Of a DNA stretch of 64,000 nucleotides, positions 40,101 through 51,908 are shown in pieces. The position numbers and the translations under genes were made by a program. The stretch comes from Ophelia neglecta (lineage: Eukaryota). The notes beneath the pieces are model-generated. The model was not told the origin of the DNA. It did no database searches and saw only the letters and a list, made by a program, of their open reading frames with translations. The stretch lies in the NCBI GenBank assembly GCA_965285935.1, contig OZ260665.1, forward strand, positions 27,218,001 through 27,282,000, read 5' to 3'. Numbering within the stretch: the first letter of the stretch is position 1; each line of letters begins with the position of its first letter.

Positions 40101-41693
40101 CATATCAATATTCAGGGAAACAAGGGAAGTCAAATAAAGTGTTGTTATGGTCTCTGGATCTGTGTCCTTTGCTAGTAGATGTTTGTTTAGCTGTCTGCCA
40201 GGGATGTGATGAAAATCTTTTGTGATGTGATGCCTCTTTCTTATGCAAACACCAAAATATCTTACTTCGGTATACTGTGGTATCTCTCATCAAGGGCCCA
40301 ACAACACTCCATGGTAATCTGTGATCACATCATAAGTTGTATTCTCTCTTCTCTAGCCATGGAAGCAGAGCTTTGACCTCTGTGTTATTTTGTCACATTT
40401 CTGTTGTACTACTTCTGCTGTGAGATTTACTTGGAAATCTTGCCTGATCAGTCTGATACTACTTCAGATTGCCAGCAATGGGCACACATTGGCATTCCAG
40501 GCAGTATTGAGGTAATTATGATTACTTGTGAGACCCCATGTCCATTTATAGCTCCATACATCTCCATGATGACCTTTGTGGGCAGATCGGACATATTAAA
40601 AGTCTCAGATGTACCCTGGGACATGGGAGATCAGCGGCGGGTGTGATAAATATTCAGGCAGAGCCTGATTTCATGGTCTAATACGCAGGCAGCTTGTTTT
40701 CAGTTGTCCAACGGACACCACTAGATCTGCCAAGCATGCTGGGAATAGAAGATGAGTCGCAACTGAGCTGGCCCTAGTTTCCTAGTTAGCATTCAGATGG
40801 GCATCGGTCTCTTTGACCATTTAGCACATCCCCCATCCATCAATACTCAGCTAGCCTGCAGTCACTGTTGACCATTGATTGTGTCAACAGACCCTGTCTT
40901 TATTAGTTCCTCTGTGAGCGGTGATGGTAATGGCTTGGTCTCAGTTTGAGTTTAGCCTTTAAAAAGGGCCAAAGTCATCTCGGTCATATTTGTGGAACGG
41001 TTTAGATGGCATGACTTTTTGTATTTGAGGCTGATTTCTCTGTGTACACTTTAGGGTATGGAAGAAATGAGACGGTCTCTTAAACTACCTTCGTTGCCTG
41101 GGGGCACCGCACTGATCAATTCCAATTACAAGAGAAGGCCAATTGGGCAATGGTGGCTTTAAGATGGGAGGCCAATGCTTTGTGGTGTAAGGCAGGGGTC
41201 TGCTCAAGTGGTAGAACACCTGACACTGTGAACATGTAACACCCTGCTTTACATCTCAGTGTCACTGTTAGACAGTTCTAACTGTGGGATCAGGGGTTAA
41301 ATCCTAGTTCAGTCTCCCATAGGGTCAAAGGTGGCGGGGTTAGGCCATGGCTTCAGGCCTTCGCTCAGGTAAAAGTTATTCAGAGTATGCCTATACCACA
41401 TTAAATGAATTTCCGTCAAATTAAGCCCCTTCCGCCTGCAAGGAAAACGAAATTATTTCTGTAATTCATTCAAATTAGGCTTAATACTTCAGAATTGGAG
41501 TGGCCAAAAAAATAGATGACACATGCACTTCAAACTGTAATGAAAAAGCAATATGTTGCATTTATAAGATGAATCATTCAATTTACGAGGTGCTGGCTGG
41601 TTTAAGGAGAAGTCTAGGGGCTGTTTTTCTATCCAAAAGGGTACTAGACAGGCTATCTCATGGGACATAAACCCACCAGCATCATATCTCAAT

Positions 41694-44071
41694 GCTGGGG
41701 ATGGGTATCTCCTCCCACATCCCAAGGCTAAGATGAGTATCACCTCCAACATCCCAAGGCTGGGAGGAGTATCTCCTCCCACATCCCAAGGCTAAGATGA
41801 GTATCACCTCCAACATCCCAAGGCTGGAAGGAGTGTGGCCTCCCACATCCCAAGGCTGGGATGGGTATCACCTCCCACATCCCAAGGCTAAGATGAGTAT
41901 CACCTCCAACATCCCAAGGCTGGGAGGAGTATCTCCTCCCACATCCCAAGGCTAAGATGAGTATCGCCTCCCACATCCCAAGGCTGAGATGAGTATCACC
42001 TCCCACATCCCAAGGCTGAGATGAGTATCTCCTCCCACATCCCAAGGCTGGGAGGAGTGTGGCCTCCCACATCCCAAGGCTGGGATGGGTATCGCCTCCC
42101 ACATCCCAAGGCTGGGAGGAGTGTGGCCTCCCACATCCCAAGCCGGGATGAGTATCTCCTCCCACATCCCAAGGCTGGAAGGAGTGTGGCCTCCCACATC
42201 CCAAGGCTGGGATGGGTATCTCCTCCCACTTCCCAAGGGCTGGGATGAGTATCTCCTCCCACATCCCAAGGCTGGAAGGAGTGTGGCCTCCCACATCCCA
42301 AGTCTGGGATGGGTATCGCCTCCCACATCCCAAGGCTGGGATGGGTATCTCCTCCCACATCCCAAGTCTGGGATGGGTATCGCCTCCCACATCCCAAGTC
42401 TGGGATTGGTATCTCCTCCCACATCCCAAGGCTGGGATGGGTATCGCCTCCCACATCCCAAGGCTGGAAGGAGTGTGGCCTCCCACATCCCAAGTCTGGG
42501 ATTGGTATCTCCTCCCACATCCCAAGGCTAAGATGAGTATCACCTCCAACATCCCAAGGCTGGAAGGAGTGTGGCCTCCCACATCCCAAGTCTGGGATGG
42601 GTATCGCCTCCAACATCCCAAGGCTGGGAGGAGTATCTCCTCCCACATCCCAAGGCTAAGATGAGTATCACCTCCAACATCCCAAGTCTGGGATGGGTAT
42701 CGCCTCCCACATCCCAAGGCTGGAAGGAGTGTGGCCTCCCACATCCCAAGTCTGGGATTGGTATCTCCTCCCACATCCCAAGGCTAAGATGAGTATCACC
42801 TCCAACATCCCAAGTCTGGGATGGGTATCGCCTCCCACATCCCAAGGCTGGAAGGAGTGTGGCCTCCCACATCCCAAGGCTGGGATTGGTATCTCCTCCC
42901 ACATCCCAAGGCTAAGATGAGTATCTCCTCCCACATCCCAAGGCTGGAAGGAGTGTGGCCTCCCACATCCCAAGTCTGGGATGGGTATCGCCTCCCACAT
43001 CCCAAGGCTGGGATGGGTATCTCCTCCCACATCCCAAGGCTGGGATGGGTATCGCCTCCCACATCCCAAGTCTGGGATGGGTATCTCCTCCCACATCCCA
43101 AGTCTGGGATGGGTATCGCCTCCCACATCCCAAGGCTGGGATGGGTATCTCCTCCCACATCCCAAGGCTGGGATGGGTATCACCTCCCACATCCCAAGTC
43201 TGGGATTGGTATCTCCTCCCACATCCCAAGGCTGGGATGGGTATCGCCTCCCACATCCCAAGGATGGAAGGAGTGTGGCCTCCCACATCCCAAGGCTGGG
43301 ATGGGTATCACCTCCCACATCCCAAGGCTGGGAGGAGTGTGGCCTCCCACATCCCAAGCCGGGATGAGTATCTCCTCCCACATCCCAAGTCTGGGATGGG
43401 TATCGCCTCCCACATCCCAAGTCTGGGATGGGTATCTCCTCCCACATCCCAAGGCTGGGATGGGTATCGCCTCCCACATCCCAAGGATGGAAGGAGTGTG
43501 GCCTCCCACATCCCAAGGCTGGGATGGGTATCACCTCCCACATCCCAAGGCTAAGATGAGTATCACCTCCCACATCCCAAGGCTGGGAGGAGTGTGGCCT
43601 CCCACATCCCAAGGATGGAAGGAGTGTGGCCTCCCACATCCCAAGGCTGGGATGGGTATCACCTCCCACATCCCAAGGCTGGGAGGAGTATCGCCTCCCA
43701 CATCCCAAGGCTGGAAGGAGTGTGGCCTCCCACATCCCAAGCCGGGATGAGTATCTCCTCCCACATCCCAAGGATGGAAGGAGTGTGGCCTCCCACATCC
43801 CAAGGCTGGGATGGGTATCACCTCCCACATCCCAAGGCTGGGAGGAGTGTGGCCTCCCACATCCCAAGCCGGGATGAGTATCTCCTCCCACATCCCAAGG
43901 CTGGAAGGAGTGTGGCCTCCAACATCCCAAGTCTGGGATGGGTATCTCCTCCCACATCCCAAGGCTGGGAGGAGTGTGGCCTCCCACATCCCAAGGATGG
44001 AAGGAGTGTGGCCTCCCACATCCCAAGGCTGGAAGGAGTGTGGCCTCCCACATCCCAAGGCTGGGATGGGT
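41694..44071. repeat. 32-bp minisatellite, ~74 copies, with interspersed variant units
   Basis: Unit CCTCCCACATCCCAAGGCTGGGATGGGTATCT; constant 16-bp half plus a variable half; accounts for all ORFs at 41.7-44.2 kb. Confidence 0.97.
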
Positions 44072-46136
44072 TTCAACCCCTACACCCTTCAACTGGAAGC
44101 ACAGTTTTCAGATATTGTAGATCAGCCTTTGACATGCAGATCAAATCTCCGCTATCCACTTGTACAGTATTAGAGATAATTTCAACATTGGTTGGTTCTG
44201 TTACAGTTATGTTTCTTGTCCTCCACTATGTGACTATGGCAGCTGTAAAGAAGGTTCCTTGACTTTTTATTATGGTGTACATACATGTATCACAGATGAT
44301 GGACAGCCACTGTCAGCTTCAGCCTTCAAACTCAGTTATTATCACATAGGATGTTATTTATATGCTGCCATGGGTTATAATTTATATAGTGCTGATTATA
44401 TGAGTCGCTTTAATTTCTAACTGTGATTAATGACTCTATTAACCTGGCTCACACAAAGAAGGGATTGTCTATTTAAAAATACTCCACAAACAAAATACAT
44501 ATTGAGACATGTTTATAAATATAAAAGTATGTATTAATTAACTGGTAAGTATCCATATTGGCATAGACCAACAGGAATAATTATAGCAACAAATAGTCAA
44601 CACAAACTATAGTCTCGTTACATGTATATATTTATCTTTATTCACTGCTAGCAGATATTTGTGTTAACAATTGAAAGAGCCCATATCGTTAGAAGTTAGA
44701 AGAATCACCTCGAGGTTTGTCATTCTGATCATATTTACCAGGCCATTGTTCCGAGTGCTCTTTAACACTGGTTTATTAAACACAATTCCAGGAGGCTGTT
44801 GGCATGGTCGCTATTTCTAGGATCGTAGGAATGCACTGCTTTTACCTGTGTAAACAAAGAGTTGTCATGTATGCTTTGCACAACTGAGAAACAGTCCCAA
44901 ATTAATTTAGAAAATTAGTAAAAATCTAAACACAAAGAAAACTGTCTGTTTGTTCATGTATGTCATTTGTTGGTTGTCAGTTCACATGTTAATTGTGCAA
45001 GAAGTGACAGTAGTATTATTGATGGACCCCAAATATGGTATGATCAATCACAGATTAGTCCCTGTGAACCATGGACAGTATGAAGGGAGCATTTATTTTC
45101 TGGTAGTACACTCATCATTATAATTATACATAATTATGGTTCATAATTATAATGATTAAAGTAGTGTAAATGGCTTCTCAGCCAGTGATTGATAATAGGC
45201 CTGTAAGGCATAATTATAGTAAATGGGTTTTATGATGAAATTTGATAAACTCTCCCTTGATTTATTTACAGGAGAATTCATTTTAGATTCTCTGGTTCAA
45301 TAAAGATGGATCATCTTGCATAAAAACAATTAGGCCTAATCATTTCTGATCCCCATTTATGTTTCCTTGGCAACAATAATTGGTAAAACGTGGCATGGGA
45401 CTTTGAAAACCTGGTGAAGATGAAGGAGGGATCTTGTGTCAGATTCTGTAGTGTATCATGATCCATGAGAGGCAGCCTTGGCTCATCTCCCTGGCAGATG
45501 TGGTTTTGACTCGAGGTGAAAATCAATAATTTGAGCAATATATAACTAATATGGAAACACGGTGGACGGTGCATGACGCTCAAAGCCCCTCCTGGCTCCC
45601 ATGCAGTACATTATACCAAGATGACATCATGGGACAGGGATGAGCATTGTTGTTGGTACAGATTTTAATGACCTGAAGATAAAGAAGAGTACTCAGTGTA
45701 AATTTTAAAACTGAGCTCACATTGTATAATGGCTTGGTAGCTTTTAAACAAGTTGTTAGTTGATGGTATAAATCAATTGATGGTTGATAAACAGGTCATT
45801 CACTAATTTTGCATTGAAAAAACTTGCCTTAAATATAAATACCATATTTATATATATAAAGACTACGTCTTGTATAGCAAACTTTGATGCCACTTCATTA
45901 CGTTGACTTGGCTGAGGGTTAACTCAATAGGTACCAGATTTAATACCTTGACAATACATCTATAGTATACCAGGTTAATACTGTTCTTTCTGTAAGCCTT
46001 TTATATTCATCTGTAAAGCCTTTATCTGCTGATTAATGGCAGAGAAAGAGTTTTGTATGACTAACAGTACCAGACATTTTTATAGGGGAGTGGGGGGGGG
46101 GGGGGGACAACCCATCATGGTGCTGACAACTGCGTG

Positions 46137-46257
46137 CCTTTCCTTGGCTGATGACAAGAATGACTGGGGTCTTTAACTGCTCGCCTTGGCTGGACTAATG
46201 CCTAGAATGACTGGGGTTTTTGAACTGTTTGTCTTGGCTGGGCTTATGACAAGAATG
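46137..46257. repeat. Degenerate ~45-bp repeat, ~2.5 copies
   Basis: CTTGGCTG...ATGACAAGAATGACTGGGGT recurs. Confidence 0.65.
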
Positions 46258-47995
46258 GTCTATTACTAAGCTTTCCCATTTCATGTCTGACGTGGGCAAA
46301 CTTTTGATATACATTAAGATATAAATATTTTGATATTAAGGATCAGTAGGTCTGATCTGGGTCCTTTGTGATTTACCTTTGTTATATGAATAAACATCAG
46401 GATAGTTTTTTTTATGTTTGGTTTGTCAGGAGATCTCACCTAAGCATGATCTAGCAGGGAGGGTAGATTAGATTATTTATATTCTCGGCCAGTCTGCCAT
46501 GCAAAGTCTCCATTACCTGGCAAGAAACAAGTAAAATGGCATGATTATCCTTGTCTGCCAGTCTTTGTGGGAAAAATTAACTTTATTTGTCGCAAACCAT
46601 GCTTATATTTACCAGCTGGAGATGTGAGATGGCTCCCAGCATGCCATGTATTGGCTTCTGGCTTTTATCTACTTCTACAAAGACAAGAGATGTATTAGAT
46701 GTACTTCCCTGCAGGCCACATGTTACCTCTCATTAAACAAAGATCAGCTTTACGCTGATCTAGGGACAAGTTCATCAACGCCTTCTCCCCGCATGTCAGG
46801 ATGAAATAAAGGTCTGTCAAAGATGTAGGGGTACCACCTTCCAAGAACTAGCACTGCACAACACTATCCAAGATGAATTATGTAAGAATAAATGTATGGT
46901 AGAAATGGTACTTATTGTAATTAAAGTTCTCTTCTGAGATCAGTATTATTTTATACAGGGTAGGAGGTGGAATTATCACATGCACATTGTGGCCCAAGGT
47001 CATTTAACATTAGTGGAGACTGATAATGCTAGGAGCAGAAAACTAAATGTACAAGACTGTCCCTTCATTGGTATACGTGTACATTGACCTTGGACAATAG
47101 GCTGGGCTGGTGGTATTCAGAGCCACATGAATCTAAGTTGACAACATATGTATGGCACAAGGTTGAAATGTCATCTAGTTTGAAATACTGTATTCAAGCT
47201 GGTAAATTTGATGTTTCTGGAGCAGTGTATATATGTGTATATGTGTGTATGTAATTGATGGTTCCTGTTTGTATACATGTATACAGTGGGTTGTGCCTGA
47301 AGGTACACTCCTGGGGCCTTGATGGTATATAGACTTTAGGTAGCCAGATGGATGGCTCCCTTGAGACTGATTGGCTTGTATCTGACTAGGGTTTACCATA
47401 AAATGTACTGTTCAAAATGATACCAACAGTAAAATCGGTCAAACTAAAGTCAGACCATTTAAATAGAATACCACTTTTGGTGTCTGATATTGTGGAAATT
47501 ACACCTAGTTTTTGTTGGTTTAATATTATTATATATATGCATGTATATCATATTATATAGTCAGCGATAAGTGAGAGGAGACCGAATGACGCCTCCATGC
47601 TATTACTGACTTCTGGCTGAGGTTTCATTAAAATAGTTGCCAAAAGTAAAAATTGACTTTTCAGGGGGGGGGGGGGTAGAAACAATTATGTCTGATTCAG
47701 TATGTGTCAGTTATGGTTAAAAGTTCACCAAATGTTGGCTAAAGCTGTGCATGGCCTGAGGACCTTGATAGACAATGATGGGACATTAATATGGGGTCGG
47801 CAAGCTGTCGGTGAAACCATTTAAACTCCACCACTACATGATATACATTGGTGTATGGTATGAGGCCAGACACAAACCACTCTACCCTACCAGCAGACAA
47901 ATAATAGCGCTGCCTAGCTGCCCAAACGGCTTGGAAGATTCTCTGCTCCTTAACTCTTGGAGATCTTTCTAGTTATTCTGCCGGTCTCAGCCTCG

Positions 47996-48073
47996 ATGTC
48001 GCAGTTCATGCTCCTCGGAGGAGGCGACGTACAGTCCAGCCTTAACGGACCCGTCCCCATGCACCTCGTACAG
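47996..48073 (+). CDS. Candidate alternative first coding exon MSQFMLLGGGDVQSSLNGPVPMHLVQ (phase 0)
   Basis: 26 GC3-rich codons with many CpG in an AT-rich background; ends at CAG|GTAAAC followed by an abrupt AT-rich intron; in-frame stop upstream at 47951; possible acceptor CTCAG| at 47990. Confidence 0.55.
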
Positions 48074-48141
48074 GTAAACTCATAAAACTCTTCTCAAAAT
48101 ATTGACAAACAAACATCATTTTTGTTTTTCTATTTAAACAG

Positions 48142-48193
48142 GTGTTTACATGATTTGGTCACATAATGTATTTTGCCATGAAAGCTCAATGTG
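48142..48193 (+). other. Candidate 52-nt poison/frame-shifting exon
   Basis: Acceptor TTTTTGTTTTTCTATTTAAACAG|, donor GTG|GTGAGT; phase-0 reading GTG TTT ACA TGA. Confidence 0.3.
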
Positions 48194-48374
48194 GTGAGTG
48201 AGTGAAAATATATTGTCTGTCATGCACCAATATTGGAGTAATCTGTGGAGGGTTTGCTTTATGGGTTAGTCAGCTTTGGTCCCATGGAGCTTTGTCGGCC
48301 AGTTTGTTATGATAATATTTGATTTTATTAAAGGCTTAACAGATATGGCCTGGTCTAGCTTAGGTGTGCTAGGG

Positions 48375-48578
48375 CAATGGCCAATCAAGGTCTGGCTTTC
48401 ACCGCTCTCCACTCAAGCATGGCCACTCGGATGGAAGTGCGGGAAACTGCGCCATTGTTGCATTGTTTGCAAGTTTGTAGGCCAACCGGAACTTGGGCAA
48501 TTACTTGTCAGTTTTACTAGCAGCTGGTCGGACGGTATTCTGGATTTTACCTTAATTTAAGGGCATTTAAGACCCGAT
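48375..48578 (+). promoter_or_regulatory. Putative promoter/5'UTR
   Basis: GGCCAATCA (CCAAT 48381-48385), ETS-like GGAAGT (48433) and CCGGAA (48486), E2F-like GCGGGAAA (48439), Inr-like TCAGTT (48508-48513); locally CpG-rich. Confidence 0.4.
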
Positions 48579-48686
48579 ATGTTGCTACTAACTAGTAACG
48601 GTACCATTTCTACAGCCACAGGCCCACCTACGGGGACTGGGATTGACTACGAAAAATACATGAAGGCACTGGAGACTAACTTACAG
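48579..48686 (+). CDS. Candidate alternative first coding exon MLLLTSNGTISTATGPPTGTGIDYEKYMKALETNLQ (phase 0)
   Basis: 36 open codons ending at CAG|GTAGGC; the other two frames are closed; protein-like amphipathic C-terminal half; promoter motifs immediately upstream. Confidence 0.55.
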
Positions 48687-49589
48687 GTAGGCATTGTCCC
48701 ACAGCATCTTAAGTCTGTAATTCTCATGTCATATGTGAAGGGCCTCTAGGGCCAGCCAACTGGCGGCTGGCCCTCATTACTGTGTTAAATTGTCTCTATC
48801 TCCTGGTGGGCAGTACACGGCTGGTACAGGGCACTGTCATACAGATACATGTACAGTCATAAATACCTATCTGTGGAGGTAATAGCATTGAAACAATTAC
48901 CTTCACACTACCAAATACTTTGTTGAGAGACCTATCCTCCTCACAGTGCATGAATCATAAAAGTCCTGGCCAGTCAAGCATGGCCACACAAACACTCAAT
49001 ATGGTACTGTACCTATAAATGACACTCTTGAATATTCAATTTATGTTGCACTATCTAAGCACTCATATCAGTGAATACCTGAGAAGAGATACGTATATTT
49101 GTCATTTCATTTGCTTTTTTCCCTGAAGTGATAAATTGCTTTTGTACTCCTTGCCATCTGCTGTGTGCTGGAGGGCCATGTGATGGCTTCAGCTGTCAGA
49201 CAGCCATGTCATACAGCCGTTTCATACAGCCACACGGACAGCAAAAATATCAACCTCTAATAGCATCTTAAATTACATCCATATATGGCATATTTCCCTT
49301 TTAGGCAAATACAATTCATGTCCATTAATAGACATTGATTACTTGTTCCTGTTACATTAATAATGCCTCATTCAATTATATCCCCAGCCTGTTCAGTCAA
49401 TTTTTAATTACCCTTCGATCAATCGATGGGTTTGGATTTCCAACAGATTGTAGTTTGTCAATCGAAGGAACCTAGGTTTCCATGTTGATGATGAGTTTGT
49501 TAGGGTAAGATCAATATTAGCAGATGTACTCGGCAGATGAACCAGGTACTCGACTGGGAGATGTGTACAGATGTGGTGCACACGCATAA

Positions 49590-50000
49590 TCAGTGTATGT
49601 ACGGGTGTGTACACAACTGTTCATTAATAGGAGATTGAGGTGGGTGATTGACATGTCAGATTGAGTCAGGTGTCCATCTCCTCTGTGGTGTTATGTTAAT
49701 GTGCCGTGCAGTGCGTTAGTGTGGTATTGCTGTCTTGTGGAAGACAGAGCCGTAGAGATTGAATGCCACACCTGTGTGTGTATACACCTTGACATTATCA
49801 CCGGCAATTCTCCAACCCAGTCTACAGATCGCAGGTATCGCAACAGGTACACGGCATCAGTCAGGCTGGTTACCTAGGTGATCAGTGTCCACCTGAAGCA
49901 GAAAATCAGGCAAGATCCGCAGCAGAACCACACTGCAACGGAACCACACCGAACACGCAGAGGAACGACACCAAAAACGCTGTGACTTCTTACACACAAC
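49590..50000 (+). promoter_or_regulatory. Putative promoter/TSS region for the exon ending at 50723
   Basis: Locally CpG-rich; AP-1 TGAGTCA (49662-49668); Inr-like TCAGTC (49857-49862); X-box-like GTTACCTAGGTGAT (49869-49882); followed by an A/C-rich leader. Confidence 0.35.
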
Positions 50001-50618
50001 CCTCTAAACTACACATCTATACACTTGACTGCTAACAGACAAAGTGTCTTTACTAGATGGTACATATGGCCCAGGGGCTGTAATGGTCTTTGTGAGAGAC
50101 ACAGAATCGCAGTCACCCTCAGCGTAGCCCACTCTAGAGAAAGGTAGATATAACTGTATTTTGACATGAGTTCGCCGAGCGTGACATTTTTGCATTTTAC
50201 TGCCATTAGTATTGAATAGGAAATACACTTCAAGTGGTAGACACATACATCCCATCAGCCATCTGGATACCTGTCAGAGTTAGTGTGGAGGAAAACTCAG
50301 CTAGAAAAAGTGGCCGCGAGATTGCTGGGAAGAAACACTGCTTTAATGAGAGGAAGCCTTTGTTGGTCAGCGACTGGCTGGGAGCCCCAGGGAATTCTCA
50401 CTTTTATCTATACACACCTGCTCAGGGATAAGATCTGGAATACTAGAGACTAGTGGCTGTTTTCTGGGAGGGGTTGACAGATGCTAAGCTCTGACGGTAG
50501 TTCTTGTTTCTTCCTGGGTTCTCTGGCCGTTACTTCTAAATAGAGGCTGACATTCTGTATACTGGCACAGTTGAGGATATCAGATTTGGGCAGGGGACTG
50601 CGCTTTGCACCCTCCAAT

Positions 50619-50723
50619 ATGTTGCTGATACGAGGACCCCCTCTCCTGCAAGGTTCTAGTCCATCACTACAGCTGGCCACTGCATCCTCGGCCATAAGAC
50701 CACCGAGCATGCTCACAGTCAAG
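50619..50723 (+). CDS. Candidate alternative first coding exon MLLIRGPPLLQGSSPSLQLATASSAIRPPSMLTVK (phase 0)
   Basis: 35 open codons (second in-frame ATG at 50709) ending at AAG|GTAATA, followed by an AT-rich intron. Confidence 0.45.
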
Positions 50724-51158
50724 GTAATAAGACATCCTCTTCATGTTATGTACATCCGCGCTCTGACTCATCTATGACTTAATATAGTATAACAATTGTA
50801 TTCCTTTATTACCTAAAATTACCTTACATTGTAAAAGGCAGTTATCGTGGGATGTATAGCCAGTAAAAGGTGTGTGCTTTATCTGAATATGTTTATACTT
50901 ATAAAACATCTCATTCCTTGGTCTAATAGTACCTGTTTTAAACCTACTTGGGTTTATTCTCTAGTATCCATATGGCGGGTGATAGTGTACATCCTGTGCT
51001 GTTCTGTGAGGATTGTTATAGCTTCCAGGTTGTCTGTACGGTCTCGTCTTTTAATATATAGAAGATAAAAGGTCCTAAATGTCTTAAAGTATTCTGGTTT
51101 CATACAACTTACAATAAAAACTGCCCGACATCTTAATAAAATCATAATAAAATTACAG

Positions 51159-51908
51159 TACAGGTGATTACAGAGATTGGCCTGTACAAGTGAATGGCCT
51201 GTACAGGTAATTACAGAGATTGGCCTGTACATGTGATTATAGAGATTGGCCTGTACAGGTGATTACAGAGATTGGCCTGTACATGTGATTATAGAGATTG
51301 GCCTATACATGTGATTATAGAGATTGGCCTGTACATGTGATTATAGAGATTGGCCTGTACATGTGATTATAGAGATTGGCCTGTACATGTGATTATAGAG
51401 ATTGGCCTGTACATGTGATTATAGAGATTGGCCTGTACATGTGATTATAGAGATTGGCCTGTACATGTGATTATAGAGATTGGCCTGTACATGTGATTAT
51501 AGAGATTGGCCTGTACATGTGATTATAGAGATTGGTCTGTACAGGTGGCCTGTACATGTGATTATAGAGATTGGCCTGTACATGTGATTATAGAGATTGG
51601 CCTGTACATGTGATTATAGAGATTGGTCTGTACAGGTGATTACATAGATTGGCCTGTACAGGTGATTACATAGATTGGCCTGTACAGGTGATTACAGAGA
51701 TTGGCCTGTACAGGTGATTACAGAGATTGGCCTGTACAGGTGATTACATAGATTGGCCTGTACAGTTGATTACAGAGTTTGGCCTTTACAGGTGATTACA
51801 GAGTTTGGCCTGTACAAGTGATTACAAAGATTGGCCTGTACAGGTGAATGGCCTGTACAGGTGATTATAGAGATTGGTCTGTACATGTGATTACAGAGAT
51901 TGGCCTGT
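51159..51908. repeat. 26-bp minisatellite, ~28 copies
   Basis: Unit TACA(G/T)GTGATTA(C/T)AGAGATTGGCCTG; homogeneous central block. Confidence 0.97.

Noticed and set aside
41694-44071. CRISPR-like repeat/spacer appearance
   Set aside because: Variable parts are only ~16 bp, mutually homologous and reused many times; no cas genes; eukaryotic context.
41489-44262. Many ORFs on both strands (up to 474 aa)
   Set aside because: Generated by the 32-bp minisatellite; the unit is not a multiple of 3 and contains 1-bp indels.
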